The notes below the pieces were generated by a model. The model was not told the origin of the DNA, searched no databases, and worked only from the letters and a program-made list of their open reading frames with translations. From the sequence record SRR2962707_495: a stretch of 55,521 nt of DNA. The stretch is one strand, 5' to 3'. A program made the position numbers and the translations under genes. Of this stretch, positions 1 through 8,875 are shown in pieces; the stretch's first letter is position 1; each line of letters begins with the position of its first letter.

Positions 1-202
1 GTCGTCTGACGTGACCTAGGTTAATCTTTAACCTAAGGTTACGGCAGCATTCGATTTTGAGTTTTCTGTTAAAGAGTCGGAGAAGTGAGGCTATCCGGCC
101 CTTTTTGCTATTTATGCGCTTGCATGGCTTGCCATCGCCTACAAACAGATTACTTTGGGCCACAGCGAACTACTTATGATTTAAACATTTAAGGGCACTC
201 AA

Positions 203-298
203 ATGAAAAAGACATACGAAAAAGCCATTGCTACTAAGCGCGAAAAGCTGGAAAAAATTACCGCTATTTCAGAGCCGGTGTCAAACCAACCTGTTTGA
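203..298 (+). CDS. Small 31-aa peptide MKKTYEKAIATKREKLEKITAISEPVSNQPV, putative RiPP precursor (below the ORF-track cutoff)
   Basis: ATG at 203, TGA at 296-298, AAGGG RBS at 191-195 and a strong hairpin plus T-tract downstream. The N-terminus resembles the MKKxYxxPxLxKRxxLxxxTA leaders of rhizobial putative RiPP precursors. Confidence 0.65.
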   Translation: MKKTYEKAIATKREKLEKITAISEPVSNQPV

Positions 299-350
299 CG
301 TTAGCATCTGAGCCTCAGCAAACTTAAAATTAAAATCTGTCTGCAATACC

Positions 351-384
351 AAGCTTGCCCTCATTTAAGAGGGCAAGCTTTTTT
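351..384 (+). terminator. Intrinsic terminator after the small ORF; may also serve the convergent RND gene
   Basis: Perfect 12-bp stem AAGCTTGCCCTC/GAGGGCAAGCTT (351-380) with a 6-nt loop, followed by a T-run. Confidence 0.85.
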
Positions 385-387
385 GTT

Positions 388-3300
388 TTAATTGGTCTTT
401 ACGTCCTCTTGCTTGGTCTTGCGACGGCGCGTGACGAGCACAAAGAACAGCGGCACGAAAAGGATTCCCAGAATGGTGCCGGTGAGAGTGCCACCTAGCA
501 CGCTTGTGCCAATAGCGTTACGACCACCAGAACCTGCACCCGTGCTCAAAACCAATGGCAACACGCCAAGCGAGAAAGCCATTGAGGTCATGATAATCGG
601 GCGGAAGCGTTGACGCGCTGCTTCCCGGACCGCTTCAAATATCGGCTCACCTGCCTCATAGCGTTCGCGGGCGAACTCCACGATCAAGATGGCATTTTTA
701 CCGGTCAGACCGACTACGGTGAGAAGACCCACTTGGAAGAACACACCGTTTTGATAGCCGCCGAACAATGTCCACAAAAGAGCGCCAAGAATACCAACCG
801 GCATTGCAAGCAGAACCGCAAATGGGATCGACCAGCTTTCATACAACGCTGCAAGACATAGGAACACAGCTGCGAGTGATAGCGCGTAGAGCAGCGGTGC
901 TTGGTTGCCCGATTGACGCTCTTCAAGCGATAGGCCGGTCCATGATACACCATAGCCTGGAATCTGCGCCGCAAGGCGCTCAATTTCATTCATGGCTTCA
1001 CCCGTGGTCACACCGGCAGCAGGCGATCCTTGCACCTGCATCGCGCTAACGGCATTGTATCGGTTGATACCTTGGGGACCATAAGTCCAATTGCCATCGG
1101 TAAAGTTGGCAAACGGAACAAGACCGCCGCTGGAGTTGCGCACCTTCCATTCGGAAATATCAGATGGCAGTGCTCGCGCGTCTGCCTCGCCTTGGATATA
1201 GACGCGTTTGATGCGGTCACGGTCGACAAAGTCGTTCACATAACTGCCAGCCCAAGCCACTTGCAGAAGCTGCGCGACATCATTGGCTGATATGCCCATC
1301 GCGCCAGCGGCACGCCAATCAATATCCAAATGATATTGAGCGGCATCCTCTAGGCCAGAAGGCCGCGCTGAGGCGATCAATGCGCTTTGAGCGGCCATGC
1401 CAAGCAGTTGGTTGCGGGCGGCAAGAAGTTCATCATGCGACTGGCCATTACGGGCTTCTAGGTAGAAGTCAAAACCACTCATGATGCCAAGTTCTGGCAC
1501 AGATGGCGGCACAATTGGAAACACCAAAGCGTCTTGTATCGCCATGAATGCGGGAAATGCACGGCCAGCAATTGCCTGCGCGCTTTGCCCCGGAGACTGC
1601 CGCTCAGACCAATCTTTCAAGCGAATGAAAGCAAGACCCATGTTTTGACCTTGACCAGAAAACGAAAAGCCAACGACGCCGAACACGGCCTCAACATTGT
1701 CTTTCTCATTTTCCAAGAAGTGCTTTTCAACTTTGCTCAGAACTTCTTGCGTGCGCCCAGCTGTCGCGCCAGTTGGCGCTTGAATGAGTGCAAGCAGAAT
1801 GCCTTGGTCTTCATCGGGCAAGAACGCAGTTGGCGTCTTCGTGAAACTCCAAACCATGATGCCAACGAGCACCAAATAAATGATACCCACTCTAAATGGA
1901 CGACGAACAATCCATCCAACGGAGCGACCATAGCCATTAGTAAGGCGTTCAAAATTGCGGTTAAACCAACCAGCTGGCCCGCGTTTGGCATGATGGGCCG
2001 CTTTTGACGTTAGAAGCGTGGCGCATAGAGCCGGTGTCAGCGTCAACGCAACGAGGACGGAAAGGCCCATCGCCGAGACAATCGTGATCGCAAATTGCTG
2101 ATAGATTACCCCCGTTGAACCACCGAAAAAAGCCATCGGAACAAAAACCGCAGACAGCACCAGCGCGATACCAATCAGAGCGCCAGTAATCTGGCCCATT
2201 GATTTGCGGGTGGCTTCAACGGGACTAAGCCCCTCTTCCTCCATAATGCGCTCAACATTTTCAACCACGACAATCGCGTCATCAACCAGAAGACCGATGG
2301 CAAGCACCAAGGCAAGCATTGTGAGAGTGTTAATGGAAAAACCTGCCGCTGCGAGGATACCAAAGGTGCCCAAAAGAACCACCGGAACAGCAAGCGTTGG
2401 AATAAGCGTCGCGCGCAAATTTTGCAGGAATAGAAGCATAACAAGGAAAACCAGTACAATGGCTTCGGCCAATGTTTTGATCACTTCCTCAATCGATATT
2501 TTAACGAACGGCGTTGTGTCATAAGGAATGACATAGCTCACGCTGTCGGGGAAAAAGGCAGATGCTTCCTCAATTTTCGCTTTCACCAATTCGGCGGTTT
2601 CAAGCGCGTTGGCACCCGCAGCAAGACGGATCGCCATGCCGGTTGCCGCATTTCCGTTGTAACGGGCAATGGTAGAATAGTTTTCAGATCCAATTTCTAC
2701 GCGCGCGACATCTTTAAGCAAAACAAGGCCGCCATCGGTGGCGGCGCGAATAACGATGCCTTCAAAATCTTCCGGCGTTGTTAAAAGAGATTGTGCCGTG
2801 ATGGTCGCGTTTAGCTGCTGACCCTCAACCGAGGGAAGCGTGCCAAAAGCACCGGCGGAAATCTGCGCGTTCTGCAATGAGACCGCGCCAACAACATCGC
2901 TTGGTGCAAGTCCATAGGCCGCTAGCTTCACCGGATCCAGCCAAATGCGCATCGCATATTTTGAGCCGAAGACCTGAACGTCGCCCACACCCTCAAGACG
3001 ACTGAACTCATCGACAAGATTGGTGTTCATATAGTCTGACAGGTCGGTTTGGTCTAATTTATTGCCTTCAGAGATAAGCGAAATAACCATCAGAAAACTG
3101 GCAGATGATTTTTGTACGGTTACGCCTTGGCGCTGCACAATTTCGGGCAACAATGATGTTGCTTGTGAAAGCTTATTTTGCACCTGAACCTGCGCGATGT
3201 CCGGATCAATCCCCGTTTCAAAGGTCAGCGAGATTGACGCTGTGCCAGCTGATGTGGAGGTTGACGAAAAGTAGCGCAATCCGTCGAGGCCGGTTAAGCG

Positions 3301-3501
3301 CTGCTCAATAACCTGCGTCACCGTGTTGGCAATGGTTTGAGCCGATGCGCCCGGATATCTCGCGGAGATTGACACCGTTGGCGGTGCAATCTGCGGGTAC
3401 TGCGAGATCGGTAGAGATAATATGGATAGAATGCCTGCGCCCATTATGATGATCGCAATCACCCAAGCAAAGATCGGACGGTCGATAAAAAAGCGTGCCA
3501 T
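388..3501 (-). CDS. acrB: HAE1-family RND efflux permease (AcrB/MexB-like), 1037 aa
   Basis: Starts MARFFIDRPIFAWVIAI (start reassigned to ATG 3501). Has GLLVDDAIVVVENVER, KNAILIVEFA and RFRPIIMTS motifs. Confidence 0.93.
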   Translation of the reverse strand: MARFFIDRPIFAWVIAIIIMGAGILSILSLPISQYPQIAPPTVSISARYPGASAQTIANTVTQVIEQRLTGLDGLRYFSSTSTSAGTASISLTFETGIDPDIAQVQVQNKLSQATSLLPEIVQRQGVTVQKSSASFLMVISLISEGNKLDQTDLSDYMNTNLVDEFSRLEGVGDVQVFGSKYAMRIWLDPVKLAAYGLAPSDVVGAVSLQNAQISAGAFGTLPSVEGQQLNATITAQSLLTTPEDFEGIVIRAATDGGLVLLKDVARVEIGSENYSTIARYNGNAATGMAIRLAAGANALETAELVKAKIEEASAFFPDSVSYVIPYDTTPFVKISIEEVIKTLAEAIVLVFLVMLLFLQNLRATLIPTLAVPVVLLGTFGILAAAGFSINTLTMLALVLAIGLLVDDAIVVVENVERIMEEEGLSPVEATRKSMGQITGALIGIALVLSAVFVPMAFFGGSTGVIYQQFAITIVSAMGLSVLVALTLTPALCATLLTSKAAHHAKRGPAGWFNRNFERLTNGYGRSVGWIVRRPFRVGIIYLVLVGIMVWSFTKTPTAFLPDEDQGILLALIQAPTGATAGRTQEVLSKVEKHFLENEKDNVEAVFGVVGFSFSGQGQNMGLAFIRLKDWSERQSPGQSAQAIAGRAFPAFMAIQDALVFPIVPPSVPELGIMSGFDFYLEARNGQSHDELLAARNQLLGMAAQSALIASARPSGLEDAAQYHLDIDWRAAGAMGISANDVAQLLQVAWAGSYVNDFVDRDRIKRVYIQGEADARALPSDISEWKVRNSSGGLVPFANFTDGNWTYGPQGINRYNAVSAMQVQGSPAAGVTTGEAMNEIERLAAQIPGYGVSWTGLSLEERQSGNQAPLLYALSLAAVFLCLAALYESWSIPFAVLLAMPVGILGALLWTLFGGYQNGVFFQVGLLTVVGLTGKNAILIVEFARERYEAGEPIFEAVREAARQRFRPIIMTSMAFSLGVLPLVLSTGAGSGGRNAIGTSVLGGTLTGTILGILFVPLFFVLVTRRRKTKQEDVKTN

Positions 3502-3517
3502 GTCGGCCTCCGCGAGG

Positions 3518-4648
3518 TCAGTTTTGAGTGGGTGTTTCGGCGCGTTCTGCTGGTGCAACAGTTGCACCGACGGCAATCTTCTGCAGACCTTCAACAATCA
3601 CCTTGTCGCCAGCCTCGATGCCATCAGTTACAATCCAATCCGATCCGCGATCGCTTGCAATTGTCAGCGTGCGCTGTTCAACTTTGTTGTCCGCGCCGAC
3701 GACCATTGCCGTTGGATTGCCGCGTCTGTCGCGCGAAACACCTTCCTGTGGAACAAGAATTGCATTTTCGATCACGCCCTGCGGCATTTCCACTTGAACA
3801 TACATGCCAGGGAGCAACATTTGGTCTGGATTAGGAAACTTTAGACGCAGCGTCACCACGCCGGTTTGCTCATCAACATAAGGCTCTGCAGCCGTTAGCT
3901 CGCCGCTTTCATCATAATCGGTTCGATCAGCAAGTGTTAGTTTGACCTTTGTATCAGCATTGGGGCCAAGAACACTTGGTCCCTTGCGCTTCCAACGAAC
4001 AAGGTCAGCAGCAGACTGGGCAACGTCAACATAGACAGGATCAAGCTCGCGAATGACAGCCAATGGGCTGCTCTGTCCAGATATAACAAGGGCGCCTTGC
4101 GTGGTCAGCGAAAAGCCGATAGCGCCGCTAATTTTAGCGCGGACGGTTGTGCGATCTAAATCGATATTAGCGGCCATTAGCTGGGCGTTCGCGACCTGAA
4201 GCGCGGCGTTTGCCGCGTCACGTGTCGTGATGGCGGTATCTACTGCTTGTTGGCTGCCGACATTGCGCTCGCGCAAAGAATTGATGCGCTTTAGTTCGCG
4301 GTCAGCCGAATCCAAACTGACTTGTGCTTGAGCGACAGAGGCCGCAGCGACAGCAACTTGAGCTTCATAACTTGCTGGATCAATTTTATAGAGTGCATCG
4401 CCTTCCTTAACCGCCGAGCCTTCATCAAAAAGACGATCAACGATAATTCCGTTCACCTGCGGGCGCACTTCAGCAACGCGTGAAGCGACGACACGACCAG
4501 GAAGCGTGGATGTAACGGTGACGGTTTCTTGCTTTGTCGTCACAACAGTAACTGGGGTTGGCGGGCGCTCTTGTTGCTGTGCCAGTGCGCTAGGCGCAGC
4601 AGCCGCGGCTATCAGGAACGAAATCAGGGCGAAAGGCGCTAACCTCAT
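3518..4648 (-). CDS. acrA: RND periplasmic adaptor (AcrA-like membrane fusion protein)
   Basis: AEVRPQVNGII and LLPGMYV motifs, N-terminal signal peptide, GGAG RBS before ATG 4648, directly upstream of acrB. Confidence 0.9.
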   Translation of the reverse strand: MRLAPFALISFLIAAAAAPSALAQQQERPPTPVTVVTTKQETVTVTSTLPGRVVASRVAEVRPQVNGIIVDRLFDEGSAVKEGDALYKIDPASYEAQVAVAAASVAQAQVSLDSADRELKRINSLRERNVGSQQAVDTAITTRDAANAALQVANAQLMAANIDLDRTTVRAKISGAIGFSLTTQGALVISGQSSPLAVIRELDPVYVDVAQSAADLVRWKRKGPSVLGPNADTKVKLTLADRTDYDESGELTAAEPYVDEQTGVVTLRLKFPNPDQMLLPGMYVQVEMPQGVIENAILVPQEGVSRDRRGNPTAMVVGADNKVEQRTLTIASDRGSDWIVTDGIEAGDKVIVEGLQKIAVGATVAPAERAETPTQN

Positions 4649-4710
4649 CAGTATTCTCCGTTTATTTAGGCTTGGCCGCTTGGCTAAATTGCATATTGCG
4701 GTTATTAAGG

Positions 4711-4759
4711 AAACCAAGTGGTTTTATAATGCTATATTTGCATTGCGCAAGCGCAATGC
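4711..4759. promoter_or_regulatory. Two inverted repeats in the acrA/tetR divergent region (candidate TetR operators)
   Basis: AAACCA-AG-TGGTTT (4711-4724) next to TATAAT (4725-4730), and GCATTGCGC-AA-GCGCAATGC (4740-4759). Confidence 0.5.
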
Positions 4760-4785
4760 CGCAACTAACAGCACGGGAGGGTTCG

Positions 4786-5436
4786 TTGTTGCTAAAATGT
4801 CGCGATTCCAATCGCGGCCCTGGGAGGCCGCGCCAACTAGATACAGTTGAACGTGAGGCAATGATTATAGCCGCAGCCGAAAGAGTTATTCTTTCTAAAG
4901 GTCTTGGCGGAGCATCGATGGCTACGATTGCCAAAGAGGCGGGGATGTCAAAGCGCACACTTTACGAGGTTTTTGACAGTCGCGCCGCGCTGTTTGCCTC
5001 GATCATTCGGCGAATTCGCAATATGATGACGCGGCAACTGTCCGCGCATGAACTTGAGTTGCCACTTGGTGAAAGGCTGCGCCTATTGCTGACACCGTCT
5101 ACTGAAAGTTTTTCAAATTTCTTGCCGATAACAATTCTGCGCGCGGTCGTCACGGAGGCAGAAAGACAGCCAGATATTGCCCGCGAATTTCTGCAGGAAG
5201 GTCCGCATGCGCTCTATAAAATGGTTCAACTAGAACTCGACCGATCTGTGTCACGCGGAGAGATACAGATAAGCGATACAGAATCTGCGTCGCGCCTGAT
5301 GGCTGACATGGCGCACGAGGGCGTTCTTGAACATCTGGTCGTGTCAGCGCCAGCTGAAGCGCGAGAAACAGCCTTCAACCACCGCTTAGACCTTGCTATT
5401 CGGGTATTTCTGGGTGGAATCGGAGAGCCTAAATAA
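4786..5436 (+). CDS. TetR/AcrR-family transcriptional regulator
   Basis: GRPR then HTH ASMATIAKEAGMSKRTLYEVF. Start inferred at TTG 4786 or 4789 after GGGAGG. Divergent from acrAB. Confidence 0.9.
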   Translation: MLLKCRDSNRGPGRPRQLDTVEREAMIIAAAERVILSKGLGGASMATIAKEAGMSKRTLYEVFDSRAALFASIIRRIRNMMTRQLSAHELELPLGERLRLLLTPSTESFSNFLPITILRAVVTEAERQPDIAREFLQEGPHALYKMVQLELDRSVSRGEIQISDTESASRLMADMAHEGVLEHLVVSAPAEARETAFNHRLDLAIRVFLGGIGEPK

Positions 5437-5488
5437 GCGCGTTTATCGCGGTTTTTTAAGTATGCTGAGCAGCACGCATCGATATAAA

Positions 5489-5983
5489 TTATGCGGCTTG
5501 GAAGACACCATATTTGCCTGCGAAATATCCAAGTGCATTGCCATCATCAAATTGAGCTGCGGACACCTCGCCTACAACAATAATGTGATCACCGCCTTGG
5601 TGGGTCGCAACTTGGCGACATTCAAGCCGCGCCAAGCAATTGTTGATCAGCGGAACGCCGTGTTCGTTGGTCGTGACATCTAAGCCGTCAAAGCCATGCA
5701 AATTGCGCACAAAGGCGTCGCACACATCGGCTTGATCTTCGCGAAGAATATGAATGGCAAAATGCGGCGCAGTGTCAAAATATTTAAACCGGCGGGTCTC
5801 TTTTGCCAGTGACCATAGGATAAGTGCGGGCTCGAGCGAAAGCGATGAGAAACTATTGACCGTAATGCCAACAGGTCCATCAGGCGATGGTGCGGTTACG
5901 ATGGTGATACCTGTAGCAAAGCGGCCAAACGCATCGCGCAGGAGCCTCTTGTTGGCGCTATCAGGTTTAAAATATTCGGCCAT
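5489..5983 (-). CDS. smoA: Flavin reductase, SmoA-like
   Basis: RDAFGRFATGITIV, NSFSSLSLEP and GGDHIIVVGEV motifs. Last gene of the smoC-smoB operon. Start is 5983 or 5998. Confidence 0.8.
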   Translation of the reverse strand: MAEYFKPDSANKRLLRDAFGRFATGITIVTAPSPDGPVGITVNSFSSLSLEPALILWSLAKETRRFKYFDTAPHFAIHILREDQADVCDAFVRNLHGFDGLDVTTNEHGVPLINNCLARLECRQVATHQGGDHIIVVGEVSAAQFDDGNALGYFAGKYGVFQAA

Positions 5984-6001
5984 TTGTATTTTCCCCATTG
6001 C

Positions 6002-6892
6002 CTAAGCCACTTCCCGGCCTAGAGCCTTGGTGTATAGTCTGAACCATGTCTGTCGGTCCATCTTGACTTTAAAGCCATCTGAAATGGCACTTATACGCGA
6101 CAGATTGTTTGTTCCCATCACTGGCAGTATTTTCGCAGGATGCGCAAGTATCCAAGCAACAGCAATCGCAGCGCGATCAACATTATTTTCATTTGCAAGT
6201 TCGTCGAGCAGAGCGCCGATTTCAGTGTCTTCCGCCATGAGGCTGCCACCGCCAAGGGGTGACCAAGCCATGATCGGATTGCCGTTTTTTTGATGAAAAG
6301 CAATATCGCCATTGGTCAATCCCTCATGCGCGACGAGCGACACTTCAAGCTGGTTGGTGACCAGCGGATTTTTCATGCCCGACTGCAAAAGTTCCCAGTC
6401 CCAAGGCTTAAAATTTGAAACGCCAACATTACCCACTTTGCCCGATGCGATTAAGCCATCAAGCGCGGCGCCGGTTTCATGATGATCCATGAATGGGTCA
6501 GGCCTATGAATGAGCAAAAGGTCGATATGATCAATTGCCATATTGGTCAACGAGGCATCAACGGATGCTTGAATGTGTGCGGCTGAGGTGTCGTAGTGCT
6601 TAGTCGAAACATCCGCATATTTTCCGATGGGCGCAACGATATCGCATTTAGTGACGATCTCAATTTTCTGGCGCAAAGATGGGTTAGCGCGTAGTGCATC
6701 GCCCAAAACTGCTTCAGCGCCATAGCTGCCATAAATATCCGCCTGATCGAAGGTTGTTATGCCTTGGTCAAGACAGGCATTTATTTTCGCCTCAACATGG
6801 GCAGCCGAAACGTCCGCATCATCAGCAATACGCCACATGCCATAGACAATGCGGCTCATCGTGAGTGATGGAGAAAGACTTATGCGTTCCAT
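6002..6892 (-). CDS. smoB: Aldo/keto reductase, SmoB-like (6-oxo-glucose reductase)
   Basis: AKR motifs DQADIYG, IVTKC, LLLIHRPD and AWSPLGGG. Closely resembles recalled Agrobacterium SmoB. TAATG overlap with smoC. Confidence 0.82.
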   Translation of the reverse strand: MERISLSPSLTMSRIVYGMWRIADDADVSAAHVEAKINACLDQGITTFDQADIYGSYGAEAVLGDALRANPSLRQKIEIVTKCDIVAPIGKYADVSTKHYDTSAAHIQASVDASLTNMAIDHIDLLLIHRPDPFMDHHETGAALDGLIASGKVGNVGVSNFKPWDWELLQSGMKNPLVTNQLEVSLVAHEGLTNGDIAFHQKNGNPIMAWSPLGGGSLMAEDTEIGALLDELANENNVDRAAIAVAWILAHPAKILPVMGTNNLSRISAISDGFKVKMDRQTWFRLYTKALGREVA

Positions 6893-8046
6893 TAGCGGCG
6901 AATTCCTTGGGCTAGCGGCGTTAGCGGTGCGCTCGAAGGCACGCGGCCATAAGCATGGGGCAATGAGCAGGTTTTCAGATGCGGCAAAACAAGCCTGCCA
7001 AAATGTTCTGCCTCCTCTATGTGGGGATAGCCGGAGAAAATAAAAGCCCGCATGCCCATCTTTTGATAAGTTTCAATTTTTGAAAGCACCTGATCGGCGG
7101 AGCCAACAAGTGCTGCACCACAGCCAGAACGGGCACGACCAACACCGGTCCAAAGATTGGGTTCAATATAGCCATACTCATCGGCAATGTCGCGGTTCGC
7201 CGCCTGATGCGATACGCCCAGCGATCCTGCATCAAGCGCGCGCTCACGGATCATACGGCCATATTCATCATCAAGTTTCGACGTGATGTAGTCGGCGTAT
7301 TCGCGCGCTTCTTGTTCTGTGTCGCGAACAATCATGTGAACGCGCAAACCATAATCGAGCGTGCGACCATGCTTTTCTGCTTCAGCATTTACCGCCTGCA
7401 TGCGGCCGGCCAAATCTTCCTGTTTTTCTGGCCACATGAGATAGACATCGCAGTGCTGACCGCAGAGATCTAGGGCCATCGGGGAATAACCGCCAAAATA
7501 CATCAGCGGGCCGCCCGTTTGATAGGGCCGCACTGGGTCTGTAGTCAGACCTCCAAAATTATAGATTTCACCTTGATAGTTGATCTCATCTTGCGTCCAA
7601 GCCTGCTTTAAAATTTCGACAACTTCGCGCGAGCGCTGATAGCGATAGGCGCTGTCTTCTTTTTGGCCGGGAAAATCAGAGCTAATAATGTTTATTGTAA
7701 GCCGACCTTCGAGCATATGATCCAGTGTCGCAATCGTGCGCGCCAACATGATTGGCTGCACCTCACCGCAGCGCACTGCTGCAAGCAGATTAATATCCTT
7801 CGTGATCGGCGCGCAGCCCGCCACAAAGGACAATGTATCTTGGCCCACCTGATAGGATGATGGGCACAAAATATTGCGAAAGCCCTGCGCTTCAGCGGTT
7901 TTGACGATGTCAGAACAATGCGCCCAACTTGACCGTAAGTCGCCATCGGGCACGCCTAAAAATTGGTAATCATCTGAACACAGAGCGGCAAACCAAGACA
8001 CTTCAGCCGCGTCTAAATCCGGCGATGTAATCGGCACAATGCTCAT
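6892..8046 (-). CDS. smoC: LLM-class flavin-dependent monooxygenase, sulfoquinovose monooxygenase SmoC-like
   Basis: EVSWFAALCSDDY, ILCPSSYQVGQD, YFGGYS, GLRVHMIVR and LWTGVGRARSGCGAALVGS match recalled Agrobacterium SmoC. Neighbours are smoA-, smoB- and smoD-like. Confidence 0.85.
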   Translation of the reverse strand: MSIVPITSPDLDAAEVSWFAALCSDDYQFLGVPDGDLRSSWAHCSDIVKTAEAQGFRNILCPSSYQVGQDTLSFVAGCAPITKDINLLAAVRCGEVQPIMLARTIATLDHMLEGRLTINIISSDFPGQKEDSAYRYQRSREVVEILKQAWTQDEINYQGEIYNFGGLTTDPVRPYQTGGPLMYFGGYSPMALDLCGQHCDVYLMWPEKQEDLAGRMQAVNAEAEKHGRTLDYGLRVHMIVRDTEQEAREYADYITSKLDDEYGRMIRERALDAGSLGVSHQAANRDIADEYGYIEPNLWTGVGRARSGCGAALVGSADQVLSKIETYQKMGMRAFIFSGYPHIEEAEHFGRLVLPHLKTCSLPHAYGRVPSSAPLTPLAQGIRR

Positions 8047-8096
8047 CGTTCCTCACCCAATCTTATGTTGCATTTTTTGCTTGCATAGCAGTCACA

Positions 8097-8121
8097 TTGA
8101 TATAGATCAATGATGTATCAA
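8097..8121. promoter_or_regulatory. Compound palindrome between smoC and smoD containing a perfect Fnr/FixK-type box
   Basis: TTGAT-ATAG-ATCAA (8097-8110), then TGATGTATCA (8111-8120). The whole also reads TTGATA-N13-TATCAA. Confidence 0.6.
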
Positions 8122-8155
8122 TTTTTTAATTGTTGCCGCATGGGAGGCAATTTCT

Positions 8156-8866
8156 TTGACAGTTCGAGCCTCTAACCCCAACGCGCTGCCCGCCTATGTG
8201 CAAATCAGCGAACTGCTCATTCGTGACATTAGCGCAGGACGCTTGATGGACGGCGAACGCTTACCGCCTGAACGCAAATTGGCGAAAACACTCGGCACTT
8301 CTGTCGGCACGCTGCGCAAGGCACTTGCCATCCTCGTTGAAAGAAAAATGCTCGAATGCGTTCAAGGCTCAGGCAACTATGTGCGCCATGGCGGCGACGG
8401 CAACGCGATCTATGCGATGTTTCGGCTGGAACTGCATGAAGGAGGCGGATTGCCCCGCGCGGATATTCTAAGCGTTGACACTATGGAAAAGCCCGCCGAT
8501 TTGCCTAAATTTGGTACGTCCACAAAGGGTTCGCGCATTCGCCGCCTGCGCTATTTGAACAATACGATCATGGGCGTCGAAGAAATTTGGCTGGACGCGG
8601 ATGCGGGCCTTGTGACGAAGGAAGCATTGGCCGATTCACTTTATCATTTTTATCGAAAGCAGCTTGGTTTTTGGATTAGCCGCGCGGAAGACCGTGTCAG
8701 TATCGGGCCGGTTCCTGAATGGGCACCGAGTAATTTTACAAAGCCACCTGGAACTATCTGTGGTTACATTGAGCGCTTTAGCTGGGCTGACGCGCCGAAA
8801 CCTGTCGAGTTTTCACGCACATGGTTTGACACAGATTACGCACTTTATGTGCAGCGCTTAAAGTAA
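8156..8866 (+). CDS. smoD: GntR (HutC/UTRA-type) regulator, SmoD-like
   Basis: RLPPERKLAKTLGTSVGTLRKAL wHTH and QGSGNYV. TTG start after GGGAGG. Divergent from smoC. Confidence 0.8.
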   Translation: MTVRASNPNALPAYVQISELLIRDISAGRLMDGERLPPERKLAKTLGTSVGTLRKALAILVERKMLECVQGSGNYVRHGGDGNAIYAMFRLELHEGGGLPRADILSVDTMEKPADLPKFGTSTKGSRIRRLRYLNNTIMGVEEIWLDADAGLVTKEALADSLYHFYRKQLGFWISRAEDRVSIGPVPEWAPSNFTKPPGTICGYIERFSWADAPKPVEFSRTWFDTDYALYVQRLK

Positions 8867-8875
8867 GGGAATATA

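Noticed and set aside
203-298. Canonical lasso peptide
   Set aside because: The core has no Asp/Glu at positions 7-9, is only 10 aa, and no lasso cyclase or protease is in the window. Kept only as a RiPP-like precursor.
6892-8046. Alkanesulfonate monooxygenase SsuD
   Set aside because: No ssuABC or ssuE context. The N-terminus and neighbouring genes fit SmoC better.
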